Shown here: piece by piece, positions 23,953 through 36,608 of the stretch
Layout: each line of letters starts with the position of its first letter
How positions within the stretch are numbered: the stretch's first letter is position 1
Source: Albugo candida
Lineage: Eukaryota
Length of the DNA: 64,000 bases
Direction: 5' to 3'
NCBI GenBank assembly: GCA_040437565.1
Contig: JBDOQK010000058.1
Coordinates: 1-64,000, forward strand
Notes under the pieces: model-generated
Seen by the model: only the letters and a program-made list of their open reading frames with translations
What the model was told of the DNA's origin: nothing
Database searches by the model: none
Position numbers and translations under genes: made by a program

Positions 23953-24595
23953 CCTTATCTCAATAGATGTTTTAAGGAGCGGTTTTACAATATTAAGATT
24001 GGCTAGTCATATATCTAAATCTACTGCTGCAGGTGTTGTTGGCGCTGCTTTGTATTTGCTGCACAATGACATCAAGCTGACCTTCACAAGCAAGGTGGAA
24101 TGCTGGATCTACTGAGAGTAGATCACCTACAATACATAAATTATCAGATAAATATAACTTTTGCCAGCACAATTAGCATACAATACAAATTACCTGTTGA
24201 CACAGAGATCCATTTTTGAGAGCAGCATGGACGCTTTCCACCCAAAATGTTAGCACATGCCCACAAAGGCGCTTATTGTGTGGGATAGCAAAAAAAACGC
24301 TTCTTGTAAATTACCCAAGTTGTCTCAAGGTGGCTCATCGGAGCAGCGAAGGTGGCATGCATTGCTGAAGTTGAGTCTGATAATTCAAAGTGTGATTTTA
24401 TTGTATTTAATTCCCGGGCAGCTATTCAGACCAATCAGAGGCCACGCTTTCCATTAATTTATGAAGGGTGTGGGGGCTGGTGGCTGGTTAGTTAATTATA
24501 TGTGTATCCAAGGACCCTGGTCGATTATTCGGAAGTAGCACAAAAGCTTTATTGTGATTGCAAAACGTAATCGGTGGACATAAGATTATAATGTA

Positions 24596-25483
24596 CAGTA
24601 ACCTCCGGAAAAGATTGTCCGCCCCCTAATTTTCACCACTTTATGAAACAAACACTTTGACTTTCGAAGCATGGTACACACACCTAATGAGTCATCTGCC
24701 CATGAAATCTGGTACGAAACTTCTATAGTATACAAAGTTGCAATCCTTTAGAGAATTTTTTCTGAATGACGATTTTACGGTGAAAATAACCATATAGAAA
24801 GGATACATGCTACCAGCGAGTACAACCCTCTTTTGACTCAATTACTGCTTTGATCCTCTCTGGCATGGAGTTAACAAGATGCTGTAGCCACTCTGGATCA
24901 ATAGCAGACCATGTGTGTTCAAGTTGGAGCCACAGTTCTTTGCTGTTTTTGGCTTTGGGGAGCCTTTGGATAGATACTTTCATATTTGCCCATACATTCT
25001 CAATGGGATTGCGATCAGAGTTTACAGGCCATTCTAGCTTGCCAACGCTGCGCTCGTCACGCCATTAATCGGCCGCTTTTGCGCGATGGATAGGCGCACC
25101 GTCTTCCATGAGTATGGCGCTTCCAGCATTGACAAGGCCTTCCCAGAATCCAGCCAACTCACCATTGTACACTTGTGCGACAATCTATTTGCTATCCTGA
25201 AAGGCACCCGAGACCGTCACGGAAGAAACGCCCTGACTTGTAAGAAGGTACCAGACAGTCTGACTAGTACCTCTCATTGGTAGATCTCTAGACCATAGGT
25301 CAGCGAAAATTCTTCCCAATTTCAAAGCTGGCCTCACCAGTCCAGCAGATTCATTTCCAGAAGTCCAAGGTGAAACTCGGGTATCTTTTGCAAAGTCTAG
25401 CCTCCTAGCAGTGTGTGGCTTGTAGCTTGCGGTTGTGATTCGAAAAATTAAGATAAACGGACAATCGTTTCCGGAGGGTACTG
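24596..25483 (-). mobile_element. Internally deleted Tc1/mariner DNA transposon (888 bp)
   Basis: TA|CAGTAACCTCCGGAAAAGATTGTCCG ... CGGACAATCGTTTCCGGAGGGTACTG|TA gives 26-bp TIRs with 2 mismatches and a TA TSD. Minus-strand transposase remnants MEDGAPIHRAK and EWPVNSDRNPIENVWANM resemble QDNAPxH and WPxxSPDLNPIENxW. Confidence 0.93.
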
Positions 25484-25556
25484 TACTTCGGCGGGCTTCT
25501 GCTAATGCAGCCCAGGTGTTAAATTGTTACAAATCTGTTAACTGACATGGTACTTC

Positions 25557-28500
25557 ATGAATTTCTGTGCACAATTATGGCAAGCGTACAATCTTGCGGA
25601 AAGACAGGGAGAAATACATCAACAGTTACAGTTCCAGCTGAAGGAGGAAAATTCTGGGCTCACCTCACGTCAACTGTGTGAACAATTGGAGGAATATTGC
25701 GCGGAACCCCATGCGCTGCATCAAATGCTGTCTTTGAACACCAGTCAACCCGGAATGCCCCCGAAAGCTTATACGTTTATGAGTGTTTTATTATGTCATG
25801 AGCCATTCAAGGCGGATCTGACCGATCTGTTGATCCAAAAGGTATTATAATCGATCTCTACACACTGATAATCCGTCACATTGACATTAATGCAGATGAT
25901 CGAGCATGCGAGCACTGCTCGGGCTATTGATCCTTCTATTTCACATTTGATCCTGCAAGAGCTACGTTCGATGGAAAACAAGAATTACAAAATCGTAGAA
26001 AAGCTGCTATGTGCTCTACCAATCGTACCTCTTCCCTACCAGCTTGAGATCATATATCTCGTTCCAGAACTCTCCCGAGATTCGGAGATCCCGGTAAATA
26101 TGAATGCAATATTTAGTCTCGTGCAAGCTGATATCGTCGCCATCAGCTTGTGACAGAAGTCTTGATGGACCTTTTTCGACAAGATGATACTCTAGGAAAA
26201 GCATGCTTGGAAGCACTCAGTAATTTTCAGCTGAGTCCCAGACATCTGGATTGCGTTATAGAACTTACGTTTGAGAAGATACAATCGTGCTTATTAGAAG
26301 AAATACCAAATTTGATCACCTATATTATGGAATGCACGACAATTTCGAGTTTGGAAGGAAAGTACAGAAAGCTGATTGAAATTCTAGAGGATCGAATGCA
26401 CTGCGTGGATACACCGACAGAAGGCACAAAAATAGAAATGAAATGCGCGTGGGACACAATTGTGCGATGTGTACAATTGCGTCCACTCTGGCTCGAAAAG
26501 TACCTCGTTTCATTAGGAAAAAAGGAGTTGCGAGGAAATCAACATTTCAAGAAAATGGAGTTCTGGCTGCTACTTGTTGCTCTAGGCAATTCATTTTACA
26601 GCTCACAAGCTCTAACATTTATACGAAAACTGATTGTCTCTGATGCGATACCTTTAATTGTGGTAGGCTCAGCGATACAGCAATACGCTTGGATGCTGGA
26701 GAATGAAATTATGTCGCTGTTGCATATGTCCGAGATGCTGATACAATCCACGGAACACTCAACTTTGTTGCCGCAATTTGGTGCATTCTGTCTAATTGCA
26801 ATTTACACTGGGGTATTATCGGCAGAAATGGTCAAGTCGCGAGAAACTTCCTCCTTTTATACCAGAGAGGTTCGAGGCCCATATAGATTTCCAAAGTCGA
26901 GCATTCTGATTATCGCATTCCTTATGATGGGCATGTAGATAATACTCAGCTTGGTCGGCGTTTGTGAGACCGCACGCACATCACAAGCCGTCGACGTAGC
27001 TCTTGATGCTCTCTGTTGGATCGTTTTTGAAGGATCAGTTGATAGCGACTATATCAGCTACAAGTGGATCATTGAATCCGTCAACAATGATAACCCCTTA
27101 CATATAAAACAGGCGTCCGTGAAGCAATATCTACATCCCCTTAGAAGACTACTGGATCATTTACAATCGTTCACATTCTCACAAGCACGCAAATTGTTCC
27201 GTTTATTATTTTCGATTGGATCTTATGAGGACTCAGACCTAAATCAAATGATAAAAAAGAAACTGCATCAATCTGACATTCGATACCTTGCGCTTGGAAT
27301 AATAGCCGCAACTGCTAAAATAAGGGAAATGATAGCACCCTTCGGGTCCAAGCTGAAAGATTTTAATGATGGCAAAGAGCATGTAGTAGAGATTGAGCGA
27401 TTACAGAAGGAGACGAAGCATGAAATCGAGAGACTTGGAAATCATTGTTATTTTCTGGGATCAAAATGCATGAGTCTCCTGCTATTTGAAATCAATCATC
27501 TGGTCGTTTCGTTCGAGGCTGATTTTGAGAAATCTGGATCACGTGCCGATTTGAAGAATGCACTTTTGCCAATCTCCGAGTACTTGGAAATCTTGCTGAT
27601 CAATCAATTTTTGAAGAAGTGCGAAGTGGTCGAGAAATCCGAGTCGCCTTTGGCGACTGCTAACATAAGCGGCATCGGCATTGAGGATTCTGTGATAACA
27701 ATGCGATTACATGACGTGAGGGTTACTTGCAGTTAATTTTCTAGAATTTCTTCTCGGGCTTAATAGTTTCTCGTTTTGCAGATATCTCAATGGTATCTGA
27801 ATTTGTGGGAACTCATTTCAGTTGAAGATACACGGCAACGACTGTGGTATCTCTGCCCGTTAATTTCAGCTCTGATTCAAGTTTTCGGTCAGCAAGGTCG
27901 GCTAGATAAATTGAATTTCTTACTGGAACTACCAATTCAGCTCGTCAGGTTTGCCTATTTTTGCTGTCACTGGCTCCTACTCATACCATTGAATCAATCG
28001 TATTTTAGAGATTCAGAGGTGGAAAAGGTGGTTGCGAATGGCGCAAGCAGCAACGTGTTGATTTGCAGCATGCTTTGGTATGCGATTAATTGGTTTCGAG
28101 TCTTGTTGAATAGCCTGACATCTCTACCACACCCTTTATCGACCGACATTGTCACACGATTTCGACATTTGGTGGCGCTCGAAAACTCCTTATCCAGGTT
28201 GTTATCAATGAGCGATCACGTCAACGTTGAACAGCTGTATAAATGCATTTTACCTATTCCAAACTGGAGTCAACAATGCATCAACGACATTGGTCTTGAT
28301 AGTAGGAGGTTAACTTTCGACAAGAGCCCGCATCAAATTCAGCGAAAAAAGACCGTACATACAAGTTTTGGGGCTATTAGCGAAACATTTGTGCCTTTAC
28401 GGCCAACCGTTCTTCTGATTCTGAATGTATATCAGCCAAGCACGTTTTTTGAGCTCTCGGTTGATAATAAGGATGCAAACACAGTTCAAATGTTCCGTTC

Positions 28501-30055
28501 TTTGCTTTCAGTTTGCCTGATCTATGTTGATGGATCAGTTGACAAGAATTCTCGTGTGAAAGATGCACTGAAATCAGCAACACAAGATACGATTCTGATG
28601 TCTGCAAGATACTTTTTCTTTGAAACTCGTACATGGAGTATCCTTTGCAAGTATATGAACACTTTGCAGGAGTTGTCAAAACTTAATGACGAATATGCAA
28701 ATATGAATCCGGGATGTCTTTTTGTCAGGCGCGATGTATTAGGATGTCTTAGAATCTACATGAGTATTGCGAGGGCGCTGATACAATGCTCAATCTCTCT
28801 TTCACCAGAAGAAACATTCGCTCCATCAAGCAATCACCAACTCCTCATTAGTAGTCTTTCAGAGCTTCTTGTATCTCGGCGTGAGGCTGAGGTGGAAACA
28901 ATGTCAGCTATTGGTACTGAAGCTTTAAATGAGCACGCTTGGTATAAGGAGGTACGCAAGCTATCAAGTCTTACGAAAAATATTTGGTACTCATTCCGTG
29001 GGGTTTAGACAATTCAACAATGTTTTGCAAAAGTTTACGATCTTACTCACATTTTTGAGAACGAGATCGTTTTGGCAGTCGATGTTGTGCGCGCTCTATC
29101 AAGCATGCTGTCATTCCTTGAAAGCACCTCCTCGGAGCATATGCAGCATGATTGCTATCTGATAATCGAACAGCCGGACAATAGCATACGAAGCGAATTG
29201 CGTGCTCAATTGAATAGTTTAGTAAGAACTTACCTGCAGAAAAACTGGACCTGGTCGAGTTCACAGAAATGCGATCCTTCGGATGTCGAGATCTTCATAC
29301 GAGTGTACGTGCAAACAACTCCAGTCAAATTGGATGCGGTACAAGATATGGTTATGAATGGAATAGTTGGATTTTTACGTCAATGTAATGGCGATTATGA
29401 GGACAGTGACGAAATAAATCAAATGCGAAGCAAATTTGCTTTGCTGGGAGAGAAAACTTTTGGCATCTACTACCACATTTCGCTGGAAACGCTTGTTACT
29501 GCAGTGAAATACCTGGACTTTCAGTTGGACGAAGCGGACGCATCATTGACTTATGTATTAAACTATCTCATGCAAGCGTTATTGCTTTTCAAGGTTTTAG
29601 TCTGTCTGGCGCAAAGCTTCCCGAACCCCAAATTTCTCGGCAAGCTCTTCAAATTTGGAAGTCAATTCTTATTCACGGTGATCAAAGCAATGAAATTGTT
29701 CGAGACGCATTTGAAATCACACACTAATGCGATTCTGGATTGCCTCACGGTCTTACAAGCTACTACACGTAGATTGCAGATCTTGTGTACTCATGCCAAG
29801 CTCACGCAAACACCTTCGGTCACAAATCAGATACCGAAAATGAAGAAGCTATTAGAGACACTGGTTTCAAAGGGCGAGCAAATGGCAATTTCGAATGGGA
29901 TTTCTGATGCGTACAGTACTGGAATTCTGAAAGCTCGTCGAATTGACGGGAGTACTATTGTTCGCGATGAATTTCAGGCACAATGGACAATAGATACCGA
30001 CCATGTACAGGAGGCAAAAAGCGAAGCAAAAAGGCGAAGGCTTGATAAAAAGTAA
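25557..30055 (+). CDS. FANCD2: Fanconi anaemia group D2 protein homologue, multi-exon
   Basis: The C-terminus LQATTRRLQILCTHAK..IPKMKKLLE..AYSTGILKARRIDG matches the FANCD2 C-terminal signature. DLNQMIKKKLHQSDIRYLALGII matches the monoubiquitination-site region. Consecutive ORFs are joined by short GT-AG introns, e.g. 25842-25895. Confidence 0.85.
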
Positions 30056-30065
30056 GGAAATAAAA

Positions 30066-30580
30066 AGCAGTCTTATTTGATTCTCGTGTATCGGCTCGCT
30101 ATATGCCGCTTGGCTACTAGGTCAGCTTCGTCCAAGCCATATTCAGCGTCACTGGTCTGCTACATCCAATTTTGTGTCGAAAATTAACAACTGGTCTATT
30201 TTCTCCTAACGTATTGCATCGATACAAATTTCCTCCTTTCGAGCGCTATTCCGCGGCTGAACTTTGCTGAAGCTGGCCTACCTGATCTTTATCATGTTTG
30301 AACACCATCATAGTACTTTGATGCATAAATAATGATGTTCCCCGTATTACTTTTTTCCTGACGGCGCTGCTGTATCTCTCCGTCTGTGCGCCAACCAGCT
30401 TGAGCAGCTATACGACGTGCTTACGAGTATTGCCAATCTTCAAAATTTGCCTCTGCGATATTGTGGAGCATCAGATACGACACATACCCACTTAGAACCT
30501 GTACTGGACGGGAAGCAGCATCCAACCTCTCACAGCGGTTATCGAGAAGAAAGCGCAATGTCTACCTTACATTACGGCAT
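30066..30580 (-). CDS. Possible small multi-exon hypothetical protein convergent with FANCD2
   Basis: Short open segments are bounded by GT/AG (AAQAGWRTDGEIQQRRQEK; ASFSKVQPRNSARKEEI; TSDAEYGLDEADLVAKRHIASRYTRIK-stop). No family was recognised and the exon structure is not resolved. Confidence 0.3.
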
Positions 30581-33072
30581 GATGTCCAGAGTATAGTCTC
30601 CAAATTTTCTTCGATAATGGCTTTTGTTGCAAAAGAGGAGAAATTCTGATTCAGAAACGAACTCTGAAGAGTATGAATTCTATTGTGTTTCACTACGGCG
30701 GGATTCCGAATGCCTGAATGCCGTACCACCGTAAGAAGCTAATAAATTGGAATCTAGGATTTATTTTCTTGTGACGCGTCAGAGTGGCTTACTCTCGGAA
30801 CTGAATCATGGACAGTCAAAGAGGACCGCGCGCACGAACGCTATACGCATAGCACAGTTTTCTATTGTTGCTTAAAGCCACCTCGAACTTGTACACTGAA
30901 CCAAATCAAAGCAACTTCCTTTCTCTAGCCTCTTAATGTAATGATCTGTAAGCTTGTATAGCACAATGAACACTGCTCTCTTCGGATTGGCATGAAAGTC
31001 AGAGACTACAGCGATAATCGCAGGAACTAGATCGAACATTGAAAAATGATAAACAAATCAGTGTCTCATTTGGATGCTAATGAATTTTACAACAGATACC
31101 TATACCAAAAAAGCGAATATGATACTTTCTCAGCTACTTAATTATTCTTACAACATTCCATGGAAGATTTTGTTGGTTTTGTGCTTCTTTTGAAATTGTG
31201 GACAGATTGATTGTTTTCCGAACTCGGTATCGAAGAGATTTAACCAAATGCAAAACCTAATACAATATCTTTTCACTCGATTTTATATGCTAGCATGGAC
31301 GAGGATACAAAATTTGCAAGAAGCAGCAATCCAGTTTGAAAAACCATGTATATTCGTCTTCCTGATGCTATATGAGAAGGCTGCTCAAGATCTCTAAAAT
31401 TTCGACCTTATCCTCCGCGTCGAGCAACTTACGGATGGTTCGGTACTCCTGATCTCAAGAATTTGTAGCTTTCTCAACACGGTCACGTGATGCGTGGGCA
31501 ACTTGCTGCATGGCTGGTCAAGGCACTTCCATCTCATTTTACCTCCTTGCAAGCAAAGCTTTGAGATGCGTTCAAAATCACAGCCGCATGTCATACACGG
31601 ACCTCGTTTTCGTTGGGTAAATGAGAAACTTGGACGACAAGTTTTTTTTTCAAGAGCCTTGGCTAGTAAGTAGCATCTTTTTGCTGTTTTGTCTGTGCCA
31701 ACGTACACTCTTGCAAGACATTTCGCTAATCCACACTTGAATGTCTTCTGCCAATTACCCGACGAGATCAAAGTCGCTGCGCACAAAAGCATGATTATAG
31801 GCTTTTTTTCTAACTATTGCATCTTGCCAGCGTGACATTTTGGGGCTTTGTTTGAAAAAGCCATACAAATAGTATTTTCGGTCCAGGCTCCCTCTGCTCG
31901 CTAAGAATCGAGCAAGACGTGAAAGGTTGGTCATCCGATTAGATACCGACATTTGGCAAGATAGCTCAAAACGATAATATTACATCCAGGATTCACATTC
32001 AAGCAAAACAAAGTGCTGTTTTCTTCTTCTATTTGTTTTGGGTGTGTCTTTCTTCCACGACACCGCGCACTTCTCTTTTCAAAGATTTGCTATTCTAGCC
32101 ATGTATCTCGAAGATTTTCAATGTGTTGACGACTCAGCAATATCGTGATCCCTGAAGTCTCACTGGGGTAACAGAACCTAGACAGATTTTGTCCCAATTC
32201 ATCCAAGCTTTTTGCGTCCAGCACGCTCATCCATTCCTTTGGGGTATCAGACAGTTTTTAGCGCCTATCAAATAATAAACGCGAGTACAACAGAACCGTG
32301 GAGTTTTTTGGTAAATTTGGAGCCAAAAAGACGACTGATTCCTCTGATGGAATTCGCTAAAATATCTCGTTGCCGTACTCGAACAAAAAGTGCGCCATGT
32401 CGATGAACACTATCTATTCATAAGATATTCAGTGGATGTGTTTTGAGCGTCATTACAGAGCTATTGACTAGTAAGCCTCGAGTGTAAAAATGAATTTTTT
32501 AGAGCGCTGCAAATGTGCTGATAAATGAACTCAACCTTTGAATATAAGAAGTCAATGCTGACAATTGTCCACCTAGAATTGTTCGAGCAAGCTAGATTTT
32601 ATTCCGGTATATTCGTCTCGATAGAGGAACAGCGCGAACCATTTCCATGTAAACCTAAAATGTTAGTTCGTCAAAAGTACGAATTTGATCAACGGATTCG
32701 ATTTCACTTGGACGCCTGTTGCTTCGAATTCATGCTACCAAACAATACGTCATACTAGTCAAACCCTCTTGTCTGATCGTTCAATCAGATAAACAGTGAC
32801 ACCACTTTTCTTTTGAATTATAATGATTGTGTTTGAGTCCAAACCACTTTCCACCTCGTGCTGGTTAAAACTTGAAAGGCATTATCCCATCAATTCACTT
32901 GATTGCACCTGAAACGTTTTGCCCAGTGACTTGGTACCTAAACAGCGCAAAAAATACGTTAGATCCACGCTCATGTCCACTGCTTGGGAGCGTTTAGGCT
33001 CCTTCATCGAGCATTCCATACAGTCACTAAATCGTAAGGGCCTGTATCTAGAATTTTAGAGTACTCAGCCGC

Positions 33073-33777
33073 ATGGAACGCACAGATACTTCGCGAAACA
33101 ATGACGTGAGAACTCTAGTTTTGCAAGATTTCATAAATCGAGTCAATGTAAATCCTTCAACCGGTCTGACTCGAGAAGATGCGATGGCACGTCGGGAACT
33201 TTACGGCCCAAATCGCGTGACACCGCCATTGCATTGTCCGTCGTGGATTTGTTGTCTAATTCCATGTATTACCCGTATCTCGTCCATGGTTGCTTACCGA
33301 CAAGCATTACCTGTTAAGGCTACTGTCAGACGTCAAAGCGATCGATTGGGAGGATCGCAGCTAGTACATATGGACCCAGCGAGTCTAGTGTATGGTGACG
33401 TGGTAGAGATTCGTGAGAACGATGTTATTCCAGCAGATTTGCGAGTCATTGAATGCTCATCCGATTGTATTGTGGATCAGTCCGTGTTCTTGACTTATGC
33501 CTCAGCATCAAAAGTATGTACCAATAGTGAATCAGATGATCAAGAGGAGTATGTCAATATTTTGAAAGATCACGGTGCAGAACGAGATCTTGAGCAGCAA
33601 GCGCATGGTCATCTGAAACAAGTATTAGTAGAGACAATGAGCGATGACCCGCTGAAGAGCTGTAATATCTTGCTTATGGGCACGCGAATATCTGAAGGTA
33701 CGGCCACCGGAATCGTCATTGCGACAGGAGATCAGACATTTTGGGGTCAACTTATATCTTTGAACCAGTGGCCATAA
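33073..33777 (+). CDS. Stand-alone P-type ATPase N-terminal + actuator-domain protein (234 aa)
   Basis: GLTREDAMARRELYGPNRV (cation ATPase N-terminal motif); LVYGDVVEIRENDVIPADLRVIE and NILLMGTRISEGTATGIVIATGDQTFWGQL (actuator). The ORF is intact from ATG to stop. There is no DKTGT or TGES motif. Confidence 0.8.
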   Translation: MERTDTSRNNDVRTLVLQDFINRVNVNPSTGLTREDAMARRELYGPNRVTPPLHCPSWICCLIPCITRISSMVAYRQALPVKATVRRQSDRLGGSQLVHMDPASLVYGDVVEIRENDVIPADLRVIECSSDCIVDQSVFLTYASASKVCTNSESDDQEEYVNILKDHGAERDLEQQAHGHLKQVLVETMSDDPLKSCNILLMGTRISEGTATGIVIATGDQTFWGQLISLNQWP

Positions 33778-34210
33778 GGTAAGATAATTAGAACGCTCAG
33801 CGCCGGAGCAACCAGGATTGCTTGAGAGAGTTTTCTGTGTAAATCCATAACTTATCGGCCAGTTCGGCTTATCGATTTGATCTCGATTCCTGTTGATGTC
33901 ATACGTATGCCAGTTTGACCTTTGTAGAGTTCAAAATGCAGTTGTTTTCACTTCGGCGTGATGCGGAGTACCCAGTGAAGGGCATTTACGACAGCGCAAC
34001 TTAAGAGAACGAAGAATAACTCGAGACATCGTTCAAACAGCAAATAATAATAAAGTATTGATAAATGCATNNNNNNNNNNNNNNNNNNNNNNNNNNNNNN
34101 NNNNNNNNNNNNNNNNNNNNNNNNNNNNNNNNNNNNNNNNNNNNNNNNNNNNNNNNNNNNNNNNNNNNNNTGCGTGAATTTTATTATTGCTTTCTACAGA
34201 GAAGAGCGCA

Positions 34211-35464
34211 ATGATGGAAAGTACACTTGAGGAGAGCTACGAATGTGATACTGCCCAAGCAAGCGAACTTGAGCCAAGATTCCTCCCTCCGAACGCATCC
34301 ACACTGATCAGAATCAATGAACTCGAAGAAAAACCGTCTCAATCGCCAACGCTTCCATTGCAATACTTTCCATCAGAGCAACGTACTCGTAGCAAAGCAC
34401 GAAGCCGTAGAAACAAATCGTCTCCCATCTCATTTCGATCGTGCTCAATGCTGCCTGAATACTTTTTCCGCATTGTTTATTATCGTCAAATGGATCTCGA
34501 TGCAACTTTCTATCAGATGATAACACTTTTGCTGCAGCCGTCTAAAGTTTACAAAAGCGCGTATTACCGTAAACGTACGCATGTATACAGTCAAAGCTTC
34601 TTGATGCTCATTTCACGTAAAATGACCCTTTTTGCAGAGACGAAAAACCGATGGGCGCGTGATGATCCCGCATTTGCTGTGATTGAATTGGGATTTCTAC
34701 TGGTAACACTCTGAACAGTGTCGGTTCCGATATCGATACAAATCCTGCTGTAGATTGCGACCATAGCCTGGGCAATCACGTTTCAAACCGATAACATTGG
34801 ATCTTTCCTGTCTTTCCTGTTTCATGCGATTATAGTGGAATGGCTTGGTATGGGTCTTTTGATCGCAACAACTTGCTGGTACATCACAAATAATCATCTT
34901 CGACTGCGTAGAAGGTACAATTTGCTGATCACCACATTTGAAACACCCTAACTGTTGCTGTCTATCGTCATTTAATGCGTTCAAATAGCCAGATTGCAGA
35001 CATGTTATATGTGGAACAACATGTGGAATGGCAGTACGCATTTGATATCCATTGCAATTCATTCTTCGTCCTGTTTCTACTGCTATATGTGATTCAAGTA
35101 CGTGTCCATTTCTTCCTTTTCGAATGCTTATACAATGAACCGCTATTCCAGTTTCTCTTGCTTCCATTATTGGTATCCAACTCGTTCACATTTTTATTCG
35201 TCGGCAATTGCCTCTACTCCATCGCTTGGGCACTTTATACGTACATCACATTTCTAGGATACATGGGTACGTGTGGAAATCTACTATGAGATGCAGAATG
35301 ACAGCACTCTGAATGTAGCGCTACCCTTCTTACATCGCACCGAGCGACTTTTGCTTCCGTTAGTGTTCATCGGAAGCAATTTTCTCATTTTGTTATTCCT
35401 TCGATTAGCGTTTGCGTTGGATGCAAATATTGTGCATTTCTTATTACAATATTACTACGAATGA
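34211..35464 (+). CDS. UNC50: UNC-50/Gmh1 family Golgi membrane protein, multi-exon
   Basis: YRQMDLDATFYQM..PSKVYKSAYYRK|QTKNRWARDDPAF, VEWQYAFDIHCNSFF, YITFLGY and LPFL motifs, with short introns. Confidence 0.92.
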
Positions 35465-35520
35465 TTTTCAATGCTAAAACTATTTTTTTTGCATTGGACC
35501 GTTACTGCGTCATCGTCCGC

Positions 35521-36593
35521 ATGACGGAAGACTGTTCGCATTCCACAATGTATAGCGTTGTATGCATAGCATGAGAGAGCTTTGACGAATTGTGATGGAA
35601 TAGAAAAAGGCCTGATAAGCATGAGACGCCACCACAGCCTCCATCCGAAGCATGGAAGTAGGAAGACTTCCTCTGTCGATTGCTCCGTTCATTCCATACT
35701 TTTTTGCAGAGCGTTTGGAAATGACACAGAAGCCGGAAGATTACTTCGCAAGCTGTATTGCGGCAATCAGAAACCAAAAATCTCTTATCCAAGTGTGAAT
35801 ACCATTGCCATTCGAATTGACTTGACAATTATCCACTCCTGTTAGAACTTCACATTATGAAGACAGCACCATCTTCCGTCTTTATACCCGCGGGAGGCAC
35901 ACTTTCCGACTCGAGAACGCATGTGTTACCTTGTAAAACATCACAGCGAGCGGTCAAAGTACCGACTGGCAAGCAGTCCATTGAATCGCCAGTACAATCC
36001 TTCCTTCCGATACTTCGCTCTCTGAATGTATAATTCATAGGAACATCCGTTGGATCGTATTGGGAATCGCCGAAAGCCGTACCACGAAATCGAGAAAGAG
36101 ATTCTTCAGATAAAAAGACAGCTCGAAAACTTTCGCTATCCCACCGCAGCGTACGCCAAACGAGTAAAAATTACGAGTCACTGATTGAGCTTTTGCTAGG
36201 AGCACGCACGATAAAGAAAAGCTTCAGCATGTCTTTGCGTATTCGAAAGGAAGTATCTTGCCTGATGAAATGCTTCCAGGAGCGGGTTCGTTCACCACCA
36301 CCCCATTTACCATGCATTCTGAGTTGTCGATTGCCGCAGACCTTATAGACCGCGACCTGCGTCATCAATACGATTCACTACATGCAACCGGCAAATCACG
36401 ACTGATGGAGCTCGAAAAGCTTTATGACGCTGTTGTAGTCGACATTGAGAGCAAACGGCATTTTGTGACCGAAATGATGAAATTTGGGAATGTCTCGCGG
36501 GCAGCTGCTGTCGAACAGGAGCTGGAAATCAGCCTGTCCGAGCTCAAGCATTTGCACCAGCTGATCCGAAAGGAGAAAGGCTTGAAGAATTGA
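35521..36593 (+). CDS. Hypothetical protein, UPF0193/EVG1 (C22orf23)-like C-terminus, multi-exon
   Basis: The terminal exon LEKLYDAVVVDIESKRHFVTEMMKFG..EQELEISLSELKHL resembles the UPF0193 C-terminal helices. An upstream exon AFGNDTEAGRLLRKLY..KPKISYP follows an AG acceptor. The start codon is uncertain. Confidence 0.5.
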
Positions 36594-36608
36594 TGAATTT
36601 ATCGATAC

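Noticed and set aside
31100..32800. Possible minus-strand gene from ORFs 31394-31792 and 31755-31952
   Set aside because: I could not build a consistent spliced model or recognise a family.
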